Source: Phaeosaccion multiseriatum
Lineage: Eukaryota; Protista; Ochrophyta, other classes
Direction: 5' to 3'
NCBI GenBank assembly: GCA_965112735.1
Contig: OZ218955.1
Location: 2,294,001-2,358,000, forward strand
DNA length: 64,000 nt
Part shown: in pieces, positions 25,401 through 38,748 of the stretch
Layout: every line of letters begins with the position of its first letter
Position numbering within the stretch: the first letter of the stretch is position 1
Made by a program: the position numbers and the translations under genes
Notes under the pieces: generated by a model
The model's database searches: none
What the model was told of the DNA's origin: nothing
What the model saw: the letters and a program-made list of their open reading frames with translations, nothing else

Positions 25401-28400
25401 CGTGCAGGGCCTAAATGCGCTTGCCACAGTGGTGCCCAAGTGCTCGTGCTCGCTGCCGCTGGCTTTGATTGTGCTGGCCATGCTCTTCGGCGTGCCGATG
25501 GCCAAGGTGCCCTCCGCAGCCCAAGACATGTCCCACGAAAGCGTCTTGCTGCTCTTCCGAGCGCACGCCACGGGGCCGGTGTTGTCTTCTCCGCACGTGC
25601 TGCCCTGCTTGTCAGAGGTGCTGCTCCCAATCCTCAAGCAGAACCTGTCCATCATTGCCCCTCCGCCAAGCTCGGACAGACCCAGTGGCCAGCCACACCC
25701 TGACGAAGTGAGGGCAAGGAGGGTGAACAGCACAGTCATGGCCGTGCTGCAGCAGAGCATGAGGCAGAAGTTCGCGGGGGATGCGCTGCGCCGTCTCTTT
25801 CTCGCGCCCACTGGAGTTGAGGCCATCGTTGATGCCATGGGCGAGGCGTGGGGGAGGGGAGCAGCGTTTTGGGAAAGCGTGGACTGCCGGACTGTCCCTG
25901 ACCTTATGCAAGTGTTGAAGGAACTGCTCGGCGGCATTGTGAGCGAGGCCAGCTCTGGGAGCGAAGCCTTTCTTTTCATCCACCGCTTGCTCGTGTGCAC
26001 GGCAGGGCATTCGTCATCCCGCCGTCTCTCCCAGCAATTGACGGCGGAAGAAGGACTCTCACCATCCTCTGTGGAGGGCATGTCTCCTCTCGGAAACAGG
26101 CTGCATCAGCTCTTCAAGGACAAGCCTGCTGCCGTGGCGGAGGAGGGTTCTGACATAGGAGGAGGAGAAACGGGGGACTCTGTGGTGCCCACTTCTGGGG
26201 AGAGCTTTGGCATAGCAGAAACAGCGGTAGTAGTAGCAGCAGCGGCAGTTGGTGATACAGCAGCGATGGGTGACGAGGCTCTTCCTCCTCCTCCACCACC
26301 ACCGCCACAAAGGGGACAAGGTATCGGCCTCCAGCTGACGCTGCTGCTCGCGTTAGAGGAAGGTTGCGAAGTTCTCTTGTCCTCGCCCTCCAAGCCTCCG
26401 ACGGGGAATGAGCTTGACAATCTGGGCGCCACTGCCAGTGCCATTGCTGAAGCTATGGTTGGGGGCGTCGTGTCGGGCGCAACCGCAGCGGCGCATGCCT
26501 TCGCGCTGGCCTTGTCTATCCTCAAGGCTGTGTCGACGAGCAGAGCGGGTGCGGGGCTTCATCTGGAGGTTCTTTGTGCAGCTCATCTCATTGGGGTGGT
26601 GGCAATGCGGCGTCTGGCGAACACTACCGCCTCCTCCTCCTCATACCGTGTTGCGGCTGCCATGTCGCCCACAGAGCTCAGGGTGAGTACCTTTGACGAG
26701 CAAGATGTTGAGGGCCCCTCGGCCCAGGCGCTTGGTGGAGACGACATGGCCCTAGAACAAGTTCTGCAGGGCATTCTCTCCAATCTACCCTCTCTCCTCG
26801 CGCGAGTCCCCACTTTCCGCCCAACGGGAGGGGGGGGGGCAGAGAGGGGACCACAAGTGCCGATCCAGCTGCCACCCCGGACTTCCCTGCCGTCTTACGA
26901 CTCAAGACATCAGCAACAGCAGCAGCAGCAGCACCAGCAGAAGCCCCCTCGGGAAGGGGCGGCGGTTCACGAACGATCCCATTCTACGGATGCGGACAAG
27001 GACAGGCGGAGGTCGGGGGCTTTCGACTTTGCTGCCAAGGGTCTGGAGGGAGGGCTTGCGGCGGTTGGCGCGTCGGGCGGAGACAGCAGTCGGGAAAGGG
27101 GAGGAGGACGGGAGCATTGCGAAACTGTGGTGGAGCGCTTCTTAGCCATCTCAGACATGGTGTTTACGACTGGCGTTGTTGCCGAGATGGCACACTTGCT
27201 GCAATCCAATCAGGTAGGACGTGGCTTCCCTTTGTCGCGAATAACTTGTCTTGTCTTTTTTCTTCCACAGCACGTCATGATGTTTCGCCACCCGCCACCT
27301 GCCCCTCCTGCCCCTACCACCCCGCCCCCACCCCCCACAGCCGGAGCCAATCCGAACCCCTGCCATGAGGCTCGCAGGCCACCTTGTGGAGCAGAGGAGG
27401 AGCACCTTGGTGGACATCTTCGGAGACTTGGTGGAGGGCGGCTTTGACCTTCTCGTGCCCACTCGCGCGTCGCACGGAAGCAACAACACAGACGGCGACA
27501 GTGAAAAGGTGTGGTTTCCCGATAACAGTTTCCCGAAGCTTCCTCCAAGGCGTGATTGCGACGCTCAAGCCCTCGCTCACTTCATGTCATGCGTTATGAA
27601 CGCCCCCCCCCCCAAACTTAGGCGGAGAGCGCTCGCTTCATGGGCTTCTTGTTCTGGCTTGAGGCGCCAGAAGTGCAAAATGCAGTCCTGCTTCGCTTCC
27701 GTCGCGTGGCCGATCACTCGTACGCCCTTTTGCCGCGTGTGAGCAGCAAAGAAGGGCTTGCTGCAGCTCTCAGAGGGGCCCTTGCGAGTGGCGGGGTTTC
27801 ACCGGGAGGAGCGCTGGGCCTCTCGGGGGGAGGGGGGGGCAATGCCGGCAGCAGCAGCAGCAGCAGCAGCAGGAGTTCCGCAGCAGCAGCGGCGGCTGCT
27901 GGGGGGTTAGCATTTGGCAGAGCAGGCTTGGCAGGCTTGGGACAGCTGGGCGTTGGACTGGGCTTGATGGATGCAGATACGACTCACGAGCATGGGAGTG
28001 GAGGAGGAGGAGCTTCAGCACCAGTAGGAGCACATGCCGCAGGAGGAGGGGGGGGGGGGAGGAGAGGTGTCCAGGCCACAGTGCGCACAGGTATAGGCAT
28101 GATCAAGGCTGGCAGGGACTCCTCCATTTGGATAGACAGCTCCATACAGAGAGCGGACATGATTGCTCGGACGAACGAGAGGGTTTCCCTGAGCCACAAT
28201 CGCTGGGTGTGGGTGGGAATTGATGACCTGGCTTGGAGTGCGCGAGTGTGGAAGCAAACCCTGAAGCAGCTCGAGGGAGACTTTTCGCTGTGGGAGGGGG
28301 GGTTCTTCCGTCTCTTGGGACCGGGGGGTAGATGGCACGAAGAGATGTGGCGAGGAGCGCTGCCGTCGATTGGCGAAGGCGAAGGTTTAAGCAGCGGACA

Positions 28401-31400
28401 TGTGGATATGATGATGTTGAAGGCCCTTCACCAGAATGAGCACCTCAAACTGGACCTGACGGAAGGGCCGGAGAGGACGCGAAGGCGCATGCTCGTGGAG
28501 CGCGACTTTTATGATATGTATGATGTCGAGATCCAGGGCGCCGAGGCCGACCAAGCGAAGACGGGGCAGAAAGAGGGGGCCGACGCTGAAGCAGTGGCAG
28601 GAGGGAGCGTAGCCGATATTGTAGAAATAGAAGGAGCAGCCGCAGGAGGAGGAGGAGGGGGGGGAGGAGAAGCAACATCAGTAGGAGGAGGAGGAGGAGG
28701 AGGAGGAGAAGAAGAGGGAGGATCTCCAGCTGATGCAACGTCCGCGCTACTGCCCCCACCGAGTCCCACACCCGACGCGGGATCGTCTTCGAGTAGCGCG
28801 CAGCAGCAAACGACTGAGGACATCACTCAGCTTATCAAGCGTATGGGGCTCAGTGCGAACACACACAAGTCAGGCCGCAAGAAGCAGGCAGGAGCCACCG
28901 CCTCGATGTTCGAGTTCGATGACGACGATATCGACCACGCCGATCTAGACTTTGACCAGCTGCCCACGGAGGAAGTGCTGTCTGTGCTGGGGGAAGGAGA
29001 GGGCCAACAACAACAGCAGCAGCAGCAGCAGCAGGAGGAGGCCAATGGGGAAGGTTACTCTTCGCGTGAGGGGCTGGGTAGCGAGACGATTGAAGAAGGC
29101 GACATAGAGGAGCGTGAGAGCAATGGCGATGGTGGGGTCGAAGGGGGGGGGGGGGCTTTGCAGCCTGCAGATGTGAGCACTGCCACTGTGAAGAGAAAGG
29201 GGAGCGCTTCCGCCGTGCGGAGATTACTGGGAGGTGGCAGGCAACAAGCAAAAGAGTCCTCGACAGGAGGTGGGAGTGATGGCACTGCCAGCGGGGATGC
29301 AGGCGGCACGAGTACCACGGCCACCGGAAAGAACTCAGCTCCAGCCTCTGTGGTGGCATCCCCTGTCGCAATGACGCCTCAAAAAGATGATAGTGCTTTG
29401 TCTGTTGGCTCAGTCGTAGACACTCCTCCTGCAGTCGGTGCTGCTGCTGCACCAGGTGGAGAGAACCTTCGCTTTGAAGATCTCGTTGTGCAGCCTGATC
29501 CATTGCCCGCTGGGGGGGCCAAGCTGTGCGCGTGGACGGACTATAACATCATTGTGGGGCTGGTAGAGCCAGGTAAGAGGGGGGGGGAAGGGTGTCTTTA
29601 GCATTTGCTGCAAACAGGCCCCGTATTCAGTTTTTCGATCGCTCTCTCTTGGTTGTGTGTTTGTCGTTCTGTTCCCGAGCAGAAGACTGGCCCGTGGTGG
29701 CCAGCTACAACGCAGTGCGCTCGGCGGGACTCGAGACCAAGCAGGCGGTGGTGCTCGTTAGCAGGCATGCAGTGTACATTGTGGATGGCTTTCACAAGGT
29801 TTCGGAGGGCGACGGGGTAAATGGTCGAGTGCGGGGGGGGGCTGCATCGGGCGCTGGTGCGGCGCCCAGCACGAAGAAAGAAGACCCCTTGGTGTGGCTT
29901 CGGAGAGTGAGGGCAGGCACATCGAATACGGACGCAAGGAAGGAGAGGTTCGCGATCACGCTGCGGAATCCAGACGCAGAGGGCAGATGGGGAGAGCAGG
30001 GTGTGCAGAGCAAGAAGAGACCCCGCGATGGGCGTGAGAGGGTATCTGAGCAAGGAGTCACGGGGGCGGGGGCGGCAGAAGTAGACACGGTTCCGGTAGA
30101 GAACTCTTTGGACGGCGACGAGTACGCGGACGACTTGTCACTCTTCCAGGACATTGGCGTGCAGCGGCTGCACTTCGACACGGTGCTGGCCATCTACAAG
30201 AGGCGCTACCAGCTGAGGGACGTGGGCTTGGAGCTGTTCGACACCATGGGGAGGAGCGTCTTGGTGTCTCTCGACAGCACAGCCGAGCAGGAGGAAGTGC
30301 TCTACACCCTCCTAGGCAAACCCCTTTCGAACAGCATTTTCGCACGGAGCAAGACGAAGCTAAAGGTGGGGAAGAGGGTCGGCCCATCCACGCGTAATCG
30401 AGGTGTTCTTACTTCCCCTCTTGACTCGACTCTCTCCCTCATACACTATTCTGTCCTTGTTGCGTTGCGTCTCTTGCCAGGGCATCTCTGCGGGCTTGCC
30501 TCAAGCGAGAGCGAGCTATAAGAAGTTCATGCAGCAGCTCCGCCTGGCGCACACTAAGCGCTGGATGGCCGGCCAGATGACTAACTTCGAGTACCTCATG
30601 GTGCTCAACACGCTAGCCGGCAGGAGCTTCAATGACATCACCCAGTACCCGGTTAGTTAGTCCCCTCGCTACCATACGATACTTATACCGCGCAAGGAAG
30701 AAAGATTGTGTGCTTGACCACGTCCATCATGCTCCCAACCGGCAGGTCTTTCCATGGGTCTTGTCTGACTACACATCGGAGACGTTGAATCTGTCAGATC
30801 CGTCTATTTACAGGGACCTTTCCAAGCCGATGGGCGCGCTGTCGCCTGAGCGTGCACGCCAGTTCACAGAGCGGTATGAGGCCGTGGTGGAAGTCTGCGA
30901 GGAGGGCTTGGAGCCCGACCCCCCTGCTTTTCACTACGGCACGCACTACAGCTGCGCCGGCTACGTCTTGTATTACATGCTGCGGCTGGAGCCCTTCTCC
31001 CATCTCGCGCTACAGCTGCAGGTAAAGAGAGAAGAGTTGGTTTCAAAGCATCCTCCCAAACGTCTGTGTTGTCTCGCTTGACGTTCCGCTTCTTCTCGCC
31101 TGCCTGCTCGCGCCGCTCCCACCCACAGGGCGGGCGCTTCGACAAGGCGGACCGCCTCTTCCGCTCCGTGCAGAGCAGCTGGGAGAGCGCCAGCAGAGAC
31201 AACCTGCAGGACGTCAGAGAGCTCATTCCGGAGTTCTTCTTCTTGCCCGACTTCCTGGGCAACAAGAATAGGTTCGACCTCGGGCTCACGCAAAAAGGAC
31301 AGGTAAACAACAAACGAACGACGCGATCCGAGCTAGTCAGCGGAGAGTGCTTGGGGAGAAGCAACCAACACCCTTGTCTTTGACCTTGCCCTTGTCCTCG

Positions 31401-33548
31401 TACTGGTAGATCGTCCACGACGTAGACCTTCCTCCCTGGGCGAAGGGAGACCCCCAGCAGTTTGTCTTGATCCAACGCCAGGCGCTGGAGAGTGACTACG
31501 TGAGCAGCCACCTGCACGAGTGGATAGACCTCATCTTCGGCTTCAAGCAACGAGGGCCCGCGGCGGTGGCGGCACAGAACATGTTCGTGCATCTGACGTA
31601 CGAGGGTGAGGTGGATGTCGAGGCCATCGAAGACGAAATGCTCAGGGAGGCCACCATTGCCCAGATTCACAACTTTGGCCAAACTCCGGTACGGTGCAGG
31701 AAGGGAAGGAAGGGGTCAAGAGGGGCTTGAAGAGGGGCTTGAAAGTATGCTGTAGTCTACGTATAGCTTACGTACCTACATGCCCCCGATCCCTCTCTTC
31801 CGCTTCCGCGTCCGACCGACTCTACTGAGCAGGGCCGCCTCTTCAAGAAGGAGCACACTCCCCGCGTCCCGCCGGCGGTGGTCCGCATTGCTTCCTCTCC
31901 TTTCCCTTCGTCTCCGATGTCCTCCCCGTCCCCCATGTCGCGCGGCGTGTCCATGGCGCAGTCCCTCACAAGCCCAGGGACTGCGGCAGAGGGAGGCGTC
32001 AAGAGCGTGGACGCAAACGCCATTGCCTGGCACGAGCATCTCACTCCACCGCTCTGCATCGTGGGCGCCCCAGAGGCCGTGGCTTTACGACCCGTGGCGT
32101 TGGCTGCTGCAGTCGGAGTCGCGGGCGCTCGGAAGACGGCCATCGGAGATGCCTGTCTCGTAAAGGACAAGGTGATTGGAGTGGGCAAGGAGTGCGTGCT
32201 GTACCCACGGATGCTGGACAAGTACATTCGCTTCGGGGGCCCGAGCTGCGGCATCTCCTTCCATGGAGCTGCAGCGAGCACCAAGGGTGGCGCGGTACGT
32301 GTTCTCCTCGCCCCTCTTTGTGCGTTTTGTTGTTCCCATTCTCACTATCAGTGTGTCGATCGCCTCTCGCACAGGAGGATCGAGTGCTGAGTGTCCACTG
32401 CGACATGCACTTGGAGCCCATCACCGCGGTGGTGCCCACGGCAGACGGCTCCATGCTGGTCACGGGCAGTGCCGACTCCAACGTCAGAGTGTGGCGCATC
32501 GTCAACTACAAGGTGAGCCACGTACTTGCCATGCTTGTCAGGCTCTTGTTTCGAGTATTGTCTATCCAAGGAGATGGAGGTGCAAAACCAAAACGCTGCC
32601 TCCCTCCTCATTGCAGGTGATCAGCGGGAACAACGGCCTTCCGCACCTGGAGCGCAAGCTGGAGTTGAAGGCAACGTTCACTGCGCACGAAGGGGCCATT
32701 ACCTGCATCGCCGTCAACCAAGAAGTGGGCTCTGTGGTCAGCGGGGGGGAGGATAGCTCCGTGTTTGTGTGGGATCTGCGACGGAAAGCCTTCTCAAGGC
32801 ACCTCAAGGGCCATCGGCACGCCATTACCAGGTCGGTGGCAAGCGTGGAAAGTAGGGTCATCCAGGCAGGTAACCTTGTGGACACATGTTTCATCTCACT
32901 TTTTGCTTCACCCACCCACACATTCGCGGCAGTGTCGGCATCAACGGGAACAATGGGAATGTGGTGACGTTGTCTGGAATAGAGCTTCGCGTCTTCAACA
33001 TCAACGGCGACCTTGTGACCATGTGCTCAGCTGCGGGCAAGAGCAGACCGCTTCCACACGTAGCTGTGGCTACGGACTGCCCTGACTGGCAAGCAGGAGT
33101 TGCCGCCGTGACCGGACATGACAACGGCGATGTGTGCTTGTGGTAAGTGAAGGCTCGCGACATGGTACAGCTTGCGTGATTGTCTGCCGCTTCGTTTTCT
33201 GAGTCGGTTTCTCCCTTGTGCCCCACCCCCTTTCTCCCTCTCCCCCCCTCGCTCCTCAGGGGTATCCGCTGGGCTACCGCGTCATCGAAGACTCAGTCCG
33301 CCACCACGCACGCGCTCACAAGCTCTGCGGAGACTGGCCAAGCCGCGGTGCGGGAGCTGCAGCTTCTCCGGGTCCTGAGTGGGGCACACGCCAGTGGAAT
33401 CACCAGTCTTACCGTGTGCGCGCACCAACGAGAGCTGCTGGTGGGCGACGCGGCGGGCCAGATATCAAGATGGCATTGCGTCAGACTCGACAGCCTCCCG
33501 CAGGAAGATTTGGCAGACGTCTTGGCCCGCTCAGGGGGGCATCATTAA
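16499..33548 (+). CDS. Very large BEACH-domain protein (ConA-like, PH, BEACH, WD40; neurobeachin/WDFY3/SPIRRIG-like)
   Basis: [10 protein letters not shown] and WHHIMLTHS (ConA-like); [17 protein letters not shown] (PH); [85 protein letters not shown] (BEACH); C-terminal WD40 repeats. Exon boundaries not all verified. Confidence 0.93.
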
Positions 33549-33622
33549 TTTTTGGAAAGATAATGCATCTACGATTTAATAATTATGATACAGGCGGAGA
33601 GCACCATTTACTTGGGAGTGTG

Positions 33623-35045
33623 TCATTGAATGGAAGTCGCATAAACAGACTGCGCTTTGCGCTTAAACTGCTCCTGGTCGGGCCAGAGCTTGGCCGCCTG
33701 GTCGTTGAGCGGAGAGTCGTTGTTGGGGTCCGCGAGCAACGAACATAAGCTTCGGAGGATGGTCGAAATGCTGTAGGCGGCGCTCCACTAAGGGCGGGGG
33801 CGAGAGAGAGAGGGAGGAAGAGGGAGAGATACGAGAGAGAGTTAACTGGTGATTTGGACGGCTTTGATCGGGGGAGAGCGGGAGGAAGCAAGCAGAGGAG
33901 GGAGGAAGAAGATGTAGTACGAAGCGTAAGGGACAGAGACGACGGACCTTTTCCTTTAGGATGTCCAAGCAGATGTCGCCATTTGAGCCCACTATTGTAT
34001 ATACGATATATATATTGTTGTTGTTGTTGCAAGGGAGGGCAGAGAGAGGGAAACAAACACACGAGAGAGAGACGAGAGAGAGACGGAGAGAGAGAGAAAG
34101 AGAGGGGGGGAGGGAGGGGGGAGGGAGTGGGGGAGAAGCGCGCAAGCAAGGGGGGGGAAGAAGCGTGCAACGCAGACCTTTAGCTTCGCCTGCAGAGGCC
34201 ACTTTCTCAAAGGGGCAGCGCAGACAGCCAACCAACCCAACCAACCACTCACTCCACCAACCAACCATTTGGGTGCCAGCATGCTGTCTCGAATGTGATC
34301 TGAGGGGGGCTGTACGGATACTCAAGAGGAAACTTCATTAGCAGTTTGTACGTTTGACCCTCATACTGGGAGACAAGAGAGGGAGATGGAGGGTGGGGGG
34401 GAAGCGAGTGGGTGGGGTCGCAAGGAAGAGAGAAACGAGAAGCCATTAGAGGGTAAAGCCCTGCTATACAGTAGAGGCAAAGGAAAGAGAGGCACGATTT
34501 GCGCGTTGTTCTCACCCCTTATCACTCACTCACCACAGTCTCCTTGCTTCCGGTGATGCTCGCGGTCCACTCGTAGAGGTTGTCGCCGTTCTGGTTGATT
34601 TGGTGGTTGGTGGGTTGGGTGGGTGGGTGTGTGGGTGGGCGAGCGGGCGGTTGATTGGTGAGCGGGTTGGCTAATATAATAGAGCTGCGTGGACGCTCGT
34701 TGTGTCAGCTCTTCCCCTCTCCGCTATCGGGGGGGGGGTGACCAAGGACATCGGGGAAGGCAAGGAAGGAAAGGAAAGGGAAGGGAATTGAGGGGAATGG
34801 AAGGGAGGGGAGGAAGGGCGGAGGAGGAGAGAAAAAGACGAGGAAAGGAAGGGAATGGGAGGGACGAAGGGCGGGAGAGGAGAAGAGAGAACTGGGGGAC
34901 GAAGGGCGGGGGAGGAGAGAGAAAGAAAACCCCACTCACTCACCGGAAAGGCGCTCACATCCTTCTCAGTCGACATCATGAGGCCCATGAGCTCTTCCTG
35001 CAGTCGCTTTGCAGTCGAGGCGCCTCCTGCTGCTGCTGCCGCCAT
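33623..35045 (-). CDS. UBE2C: Ubiquitin-conjugating enzyme E2 C-like
   Basis: KRLQEELMGLMM...VSAFP|NGDNLYEW...|YEGQTYKLLMKFPLEYPYSPPQITFETACWHPN|VGSNGDICLDILKEK|WSAAYSISTIL...PNNDSPLN; 5 exons. Confidence 0.9.
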
Positions 35046-35232
35046 GTTATTTGTAATACACGCTGATGCCGGAGGAGAACCAAAAAATAAAATAAAAAAT
35101 CTCAACCGTCACGCACAGCATCTGGCGACGACCCCGGCTATCGAGGTCCGACAGCAGCTTAAGACAACCATAGATGGCACTTAAAGGTGTAATAATATAT
35201 AAAGCAGCTTCTTCTCCAGAGAGGAGCTCAGG

Positions 35233-37497
35233 ATGGACAAGTTCCTGGTACCAATGACCGTGGGGCAGAGCAGCAATAAGCGGGCACGGGCCTCGGGTGG
35301 TGAGCCTGGTGCGACCGTGGAAGAGGCGGGTGCTGCTCCTCCGAAGAAAATGGCCTCGGGACAGAGCAGCAATGAGCGGGGCCGTCGTGCGCCTGGTGCA
35401 CCTATGGAAGGGGCTAACACTGACGACGGAGCTGCCCTCGCTGCTGCTGCTGCTGCTGGTGATGCTCCGAGAAAGCGACGTGTTTTCAAACGGCCCCGAC
35501 CGACGACAAACTCTGTGGGGAATATTGTCCGCTCCCTGTCGCATAGGGTGCTTGTTGGAGGAGGGTATGCACAGCCGGTGCACCTGTTCAAGCGACTAGC
35601 ACTGCGGGCCCTTTTTCCGGGACAGTGTCATCGCCTGCCGAGCGGCCTGGCAAGGGTGCAAGGGGGGGTGTCGGGGATGGGTTTTCAGTCGGGTGTACCT
35701 ATCGGAGGGCAGAGCAGCAGGGGTGCAGTGGCGTGCATGGCTATTGATAGGGTGGGATCCCTGCTCGCGACGGGTGGAGCAGATGGGGTTGTTGCTGTGT
35801 ACGACCTCGACGAGTATTTTGGGTCTTGTGACTTTCAGGTACCTGGACGAGGGGAACGGCATTGTGCACCCACAACCTTTTTGCAGCCGCTCTTTGTGGT
35901 GGGCACCTCCAAGGCCATCGCAACGGTGTGCTGGAACAGTGCCAACGATGACGAGCTGTTTGTCAGCTACGCCTTTGACGGGAGCATCCACGTGTTTAAT
36001 ATCGAGCACGGTCTCCAGCTTGCGCAGAATCAAGCGTTGTTGCCGTGCCGAGTTTTCGGGCAAGAGGGGTCCTCGGGACTCGGGATGCGCAGCAGCAAGA
36101 TACAAGGAGGACAACCTTGCGTTGTTCTTCTCGATCTGCACGGAAAGGGCTTGCACGTGGTGGCCGGGGGAAGCACGGGTGTGCTCCGGGTGTGGAAGGA
36201 TGTGAAAGGGTCCTCCCGGTCGATGGTCATTCGCCCCGTACTCGAGGCTCAGAATGTGCGCCTTAAGCAAGTCGACGGGGGGCTAAAAGGCAACGTCCTC
36301 CGCGTGTCGGATGCGTCTCCGATTACGTCCATCTCCTCAGTCTCCCTGGCCTCCCCTGGGGTCGTGCTTGTGGGCTCTGGGGCGGGAGGCCTCACGCTGT
36401 GGGACTTGCAGACCACAACTGCCCCACCCTTTGGGAAGCGACTGGCACCTATGCTGCTCAAGTGCTGGAACGTCTTGGATGCCGCCCTGTGGGGACGCGC
36501 CTCACCGCACAGACAACTTCGACTGAGGGCAGCGGCGGTGACCATCCAATCAGAGCTGAGAACAATGGGGGGGGACGGGGGTACTCCTGCTGCCTCTGCT
36601 CTGGCGCGGAGCGACCATTCGCCGTTCGCAGAGGGTGTTGCATGGCTCTCGGCCAGCCCGGTGCACCCTCGGGGCAACATGTTGGTGGGTCTTCGACATG
36701 GGCGTGTCCTGCTCGTGGACACCACAGGAAAGGGCAAGATTCGCAAAGTCTACACCGGGCAAGGGAGGTGGCTGCAGGCAGATCCAGTGCGGCGAGTACC
36801 GGAAAGAACAGGCTGCTTGGCGGGAGCAGGAGAGGCCAGACTCGTCACAGTCGTCGCCGCCCCCGGCAACAGCGCGGAGATGCACTGGCTGGACCTCCTC
36901 GGACAAGAATTTTCGGGTACAGGGCACAGGACTGCTCCTGCTGCTGCTGCTCAGGGGCATCGTATCGGCTCGCACGGCCAGCCACGAGCGCCTGTGCCAT
37001 GGGAATTGACACCCTCCGAAAGCTTCGACTACTGTCTGCCGGGACTGCACGTTGTAGGAGCGAAAAAGGGCGACAAAAAAATCCGTCTGTCCGCTGCCTT
37101 CCCACCCGAATGCTGCTCGACGCCGGAAGCAAGTTCGGTCCAATTGCGAGTGGGAGGGGCGGTGTACCAAGTGATGGAGGTGCTGCAGGACGGCAGCGCG
37201 GGATCTCTTCTACTGAAGCCTGCATGGCAGGGCTCTAGCTTTGACTGCCGCGGCGGGCGCAAGGGCTCTACTCCGCGCCTCCGCTTGTTCGTCAAGCTTC
37301 GTGCGTGCTTCCGTGCCAGCAGGGAAGTGGACAGAGGACCAGAGAGCTTGGAAGAGGACCAAGGTCCTGCACGGCTACCCGTCGTGGGCGTCAAGGCCGG
37401 CCTCCCCCGGGTATCCTGCGTCGCGTCCCACCCGGCCTTGGACTGCCTCTTCTTCGGCACGGCTGACGACTGCAGAATAGTATGCATAAAAGGCTGA
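35233..37497 (+). CDS. WD40-repeat protein, intronless, 754 aa
   Basis: LLATGGADGVVAVYD, VVAGGSTGVLRVWK, LVGSGAGGLTLWD, LFFGTADDCRI; long uninterrupted ORF. Confidence 0.75.
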   Translation: MDKFLVPMTVGQSSNKRARASGGEPGATVEEAGAAPPKKMASGQSSNERGRRAPGAPMEGANTDDGAALAAAAAAGDAPRKRRVFKRPRPTTNSVGNIVRSLSHRVLVGGGYAQPVHLFKRLALRALFPGQCHRLPSGLARVQGGVSGMGFQSGVPIGGQSSRGAVACMAIDRVGSLLATGGADGVVAVYDLDEYFGSCDFQVPGRGERHCAPTTFLQPLFVVGTSKAIATVCWNSANDDELFVSYAFDGSIHVFNIEHGLQLAQNQALLPCRVFGQEGSSGLGMRSSKIQGGQPCVVLLDLHGKGLHVVAGGSTGVLRVWKDVKGSSRSMVIRPVLEAQNVRLKQVDGGLKGNVLRVSDASPITSISSVSLASPGVVLVGSGAGGLTLWDLQTTTAPPFGKRLAPMLLKCWNVLDAALWGRASPHRQLRLRAAAVTIQSELRTMGGDGGTPAASALARSDHSPFAEGVAWLSASPVHPRGNMLVGLRHGRVLLVDTTGKGKIRKVYTGQGRWLQADPVRRVPERTGCLAGAGEARLVTVVAAPGNSAEMHWLDLLGQEFSGTGHRTAPAAAAQGHRIGSHGQPRAPVPWELTPSESFDYCLPGLHVVGAKKGDKKIRLSAAFPPECCSTPEASSVQLRVGGAVYQVMEVLQDGSAGSLLLKPAWQGSSFDCRGGRKGSTPRLRLFVKLRACFRASREVDRGPESLEEDQGPARLPVVGVKAGLPRVSCVASHPALDCLFFGTADDCRIVCIKG

Positions 37498-37579
37498 ACT
37501 AACTCGAAGTAGAGAAAAAAGAACTGGGCAACTGGAATCGTTTTTACAGCTTGGCGCGCTGTCCAAGGGGAGCGCGGAC

Positions 37580-38479
37580 TCATTTTGTTCTTCCGGCTGT
37601 TCTCTCACGCTTCTGCCTTTTTCGCTTGGCCTTCTTGTCATTCTTCACTTTGCTCTTGTTCTCTGACGCAATTACTTGAGTTCCCTCTACAAGTTCACTG
37701 CCCGTTGCCGATTTCTCCGACTTGCCTCCTTCAACTTTTTCTCCTGTTTCATGCCTCACGTGATCGTTACATCTCTTCAGTTTGCCGTCCTGGCGTCCTC
37801 GTGCCCTCATTCTGAAATGGTGGAAGGGGGAGGAATAATGGAGGGGTGTGGGGCGGAAACACTTTAATGAGAAGGAACTCCTCCCCGCTCCTTCCTTCCG
37901 TCTTCGGGCCCGGACCCGCTACTTACCCCATGCGCTTTCCGCCGGTAGCTTTCCACATTTGTGTATACATGTCCTCTCCTCCGGACCCAGCTTCTTTGGA
38001 GGGCTTCGCGCCCTCTTTCTCCTTCCGACTCCTCTTCCTTTTCTTCTTGCCAGTGTCCAGGAGCTTGAAGGCGTCTAGAGCCGAGTCGGCTGCCGTGAAG
38101 TACCACTGATCTGCTGTTTTATCCTGCTCTGCCTTTGTGCGACCTACTCCTGCCTCGCCGTCCTTTACTTTCACCTGGGAGCGGGCAGCGAGCGGCAGCA
38201 GAAAACCAGGTGAGCCATTCCAGACATGCCACCAAACCGCGCACCCCTCATAAGACGCCTGCAAGCTCACCTTGATGTACGACGACATGCCCTGCTTGTC
38301 CTTGCCAAGACCTTTGCCCTCCTCGTAGCCCTTCGTGTGGAGATTTGCATTGTGAGGTGGGTCAACGGGGCGTACGTTTGCAGACAGACAAGGCCCAAGA
38401 AGAGAAAACTCAGTCTCACCATGTTGTCCATCATCCTCTTGGCGAAGGAAGAGTAGCCCGACCCGGCTGTGGTAGACAT
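37580..38479 (-). CDS. N-terminal G-patch protein (PinX1/GPATCH4-like)
   Basis: SSFAKRMMDNM|GYEEGKGLGKDKQGMSSYIK|VKVKDGEAGVG...DQWY; ATGGKRMG|MRARGRQDGKLKR; lysine-rich tail. Confidence 0.85.
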
Positions 38480-38748
38480 CGATAAAAACCAAGAAGGGTT
38501 TAGAGACTTTCACAACAGAGGACTGTTCCGTGCTCGATACCGCCAGTTCTTTTACCTGAGTCATTGGCCCGACAGCCCAGCTCTTTAAGAGCCTTCTTCC
38601 CTAGTATCATGATACCCGCTTCTCTTGCAAGCGAGGGGAGGCAGCAGAAAGGGAAAGAGGAGAAAAGAGAAAAGAACGAAACCCGGAGAACCAACACGCG
38701 AAGAATGGGTGGCCGCCCCCACAGCATTTTTTATTATTTAACGAGACA

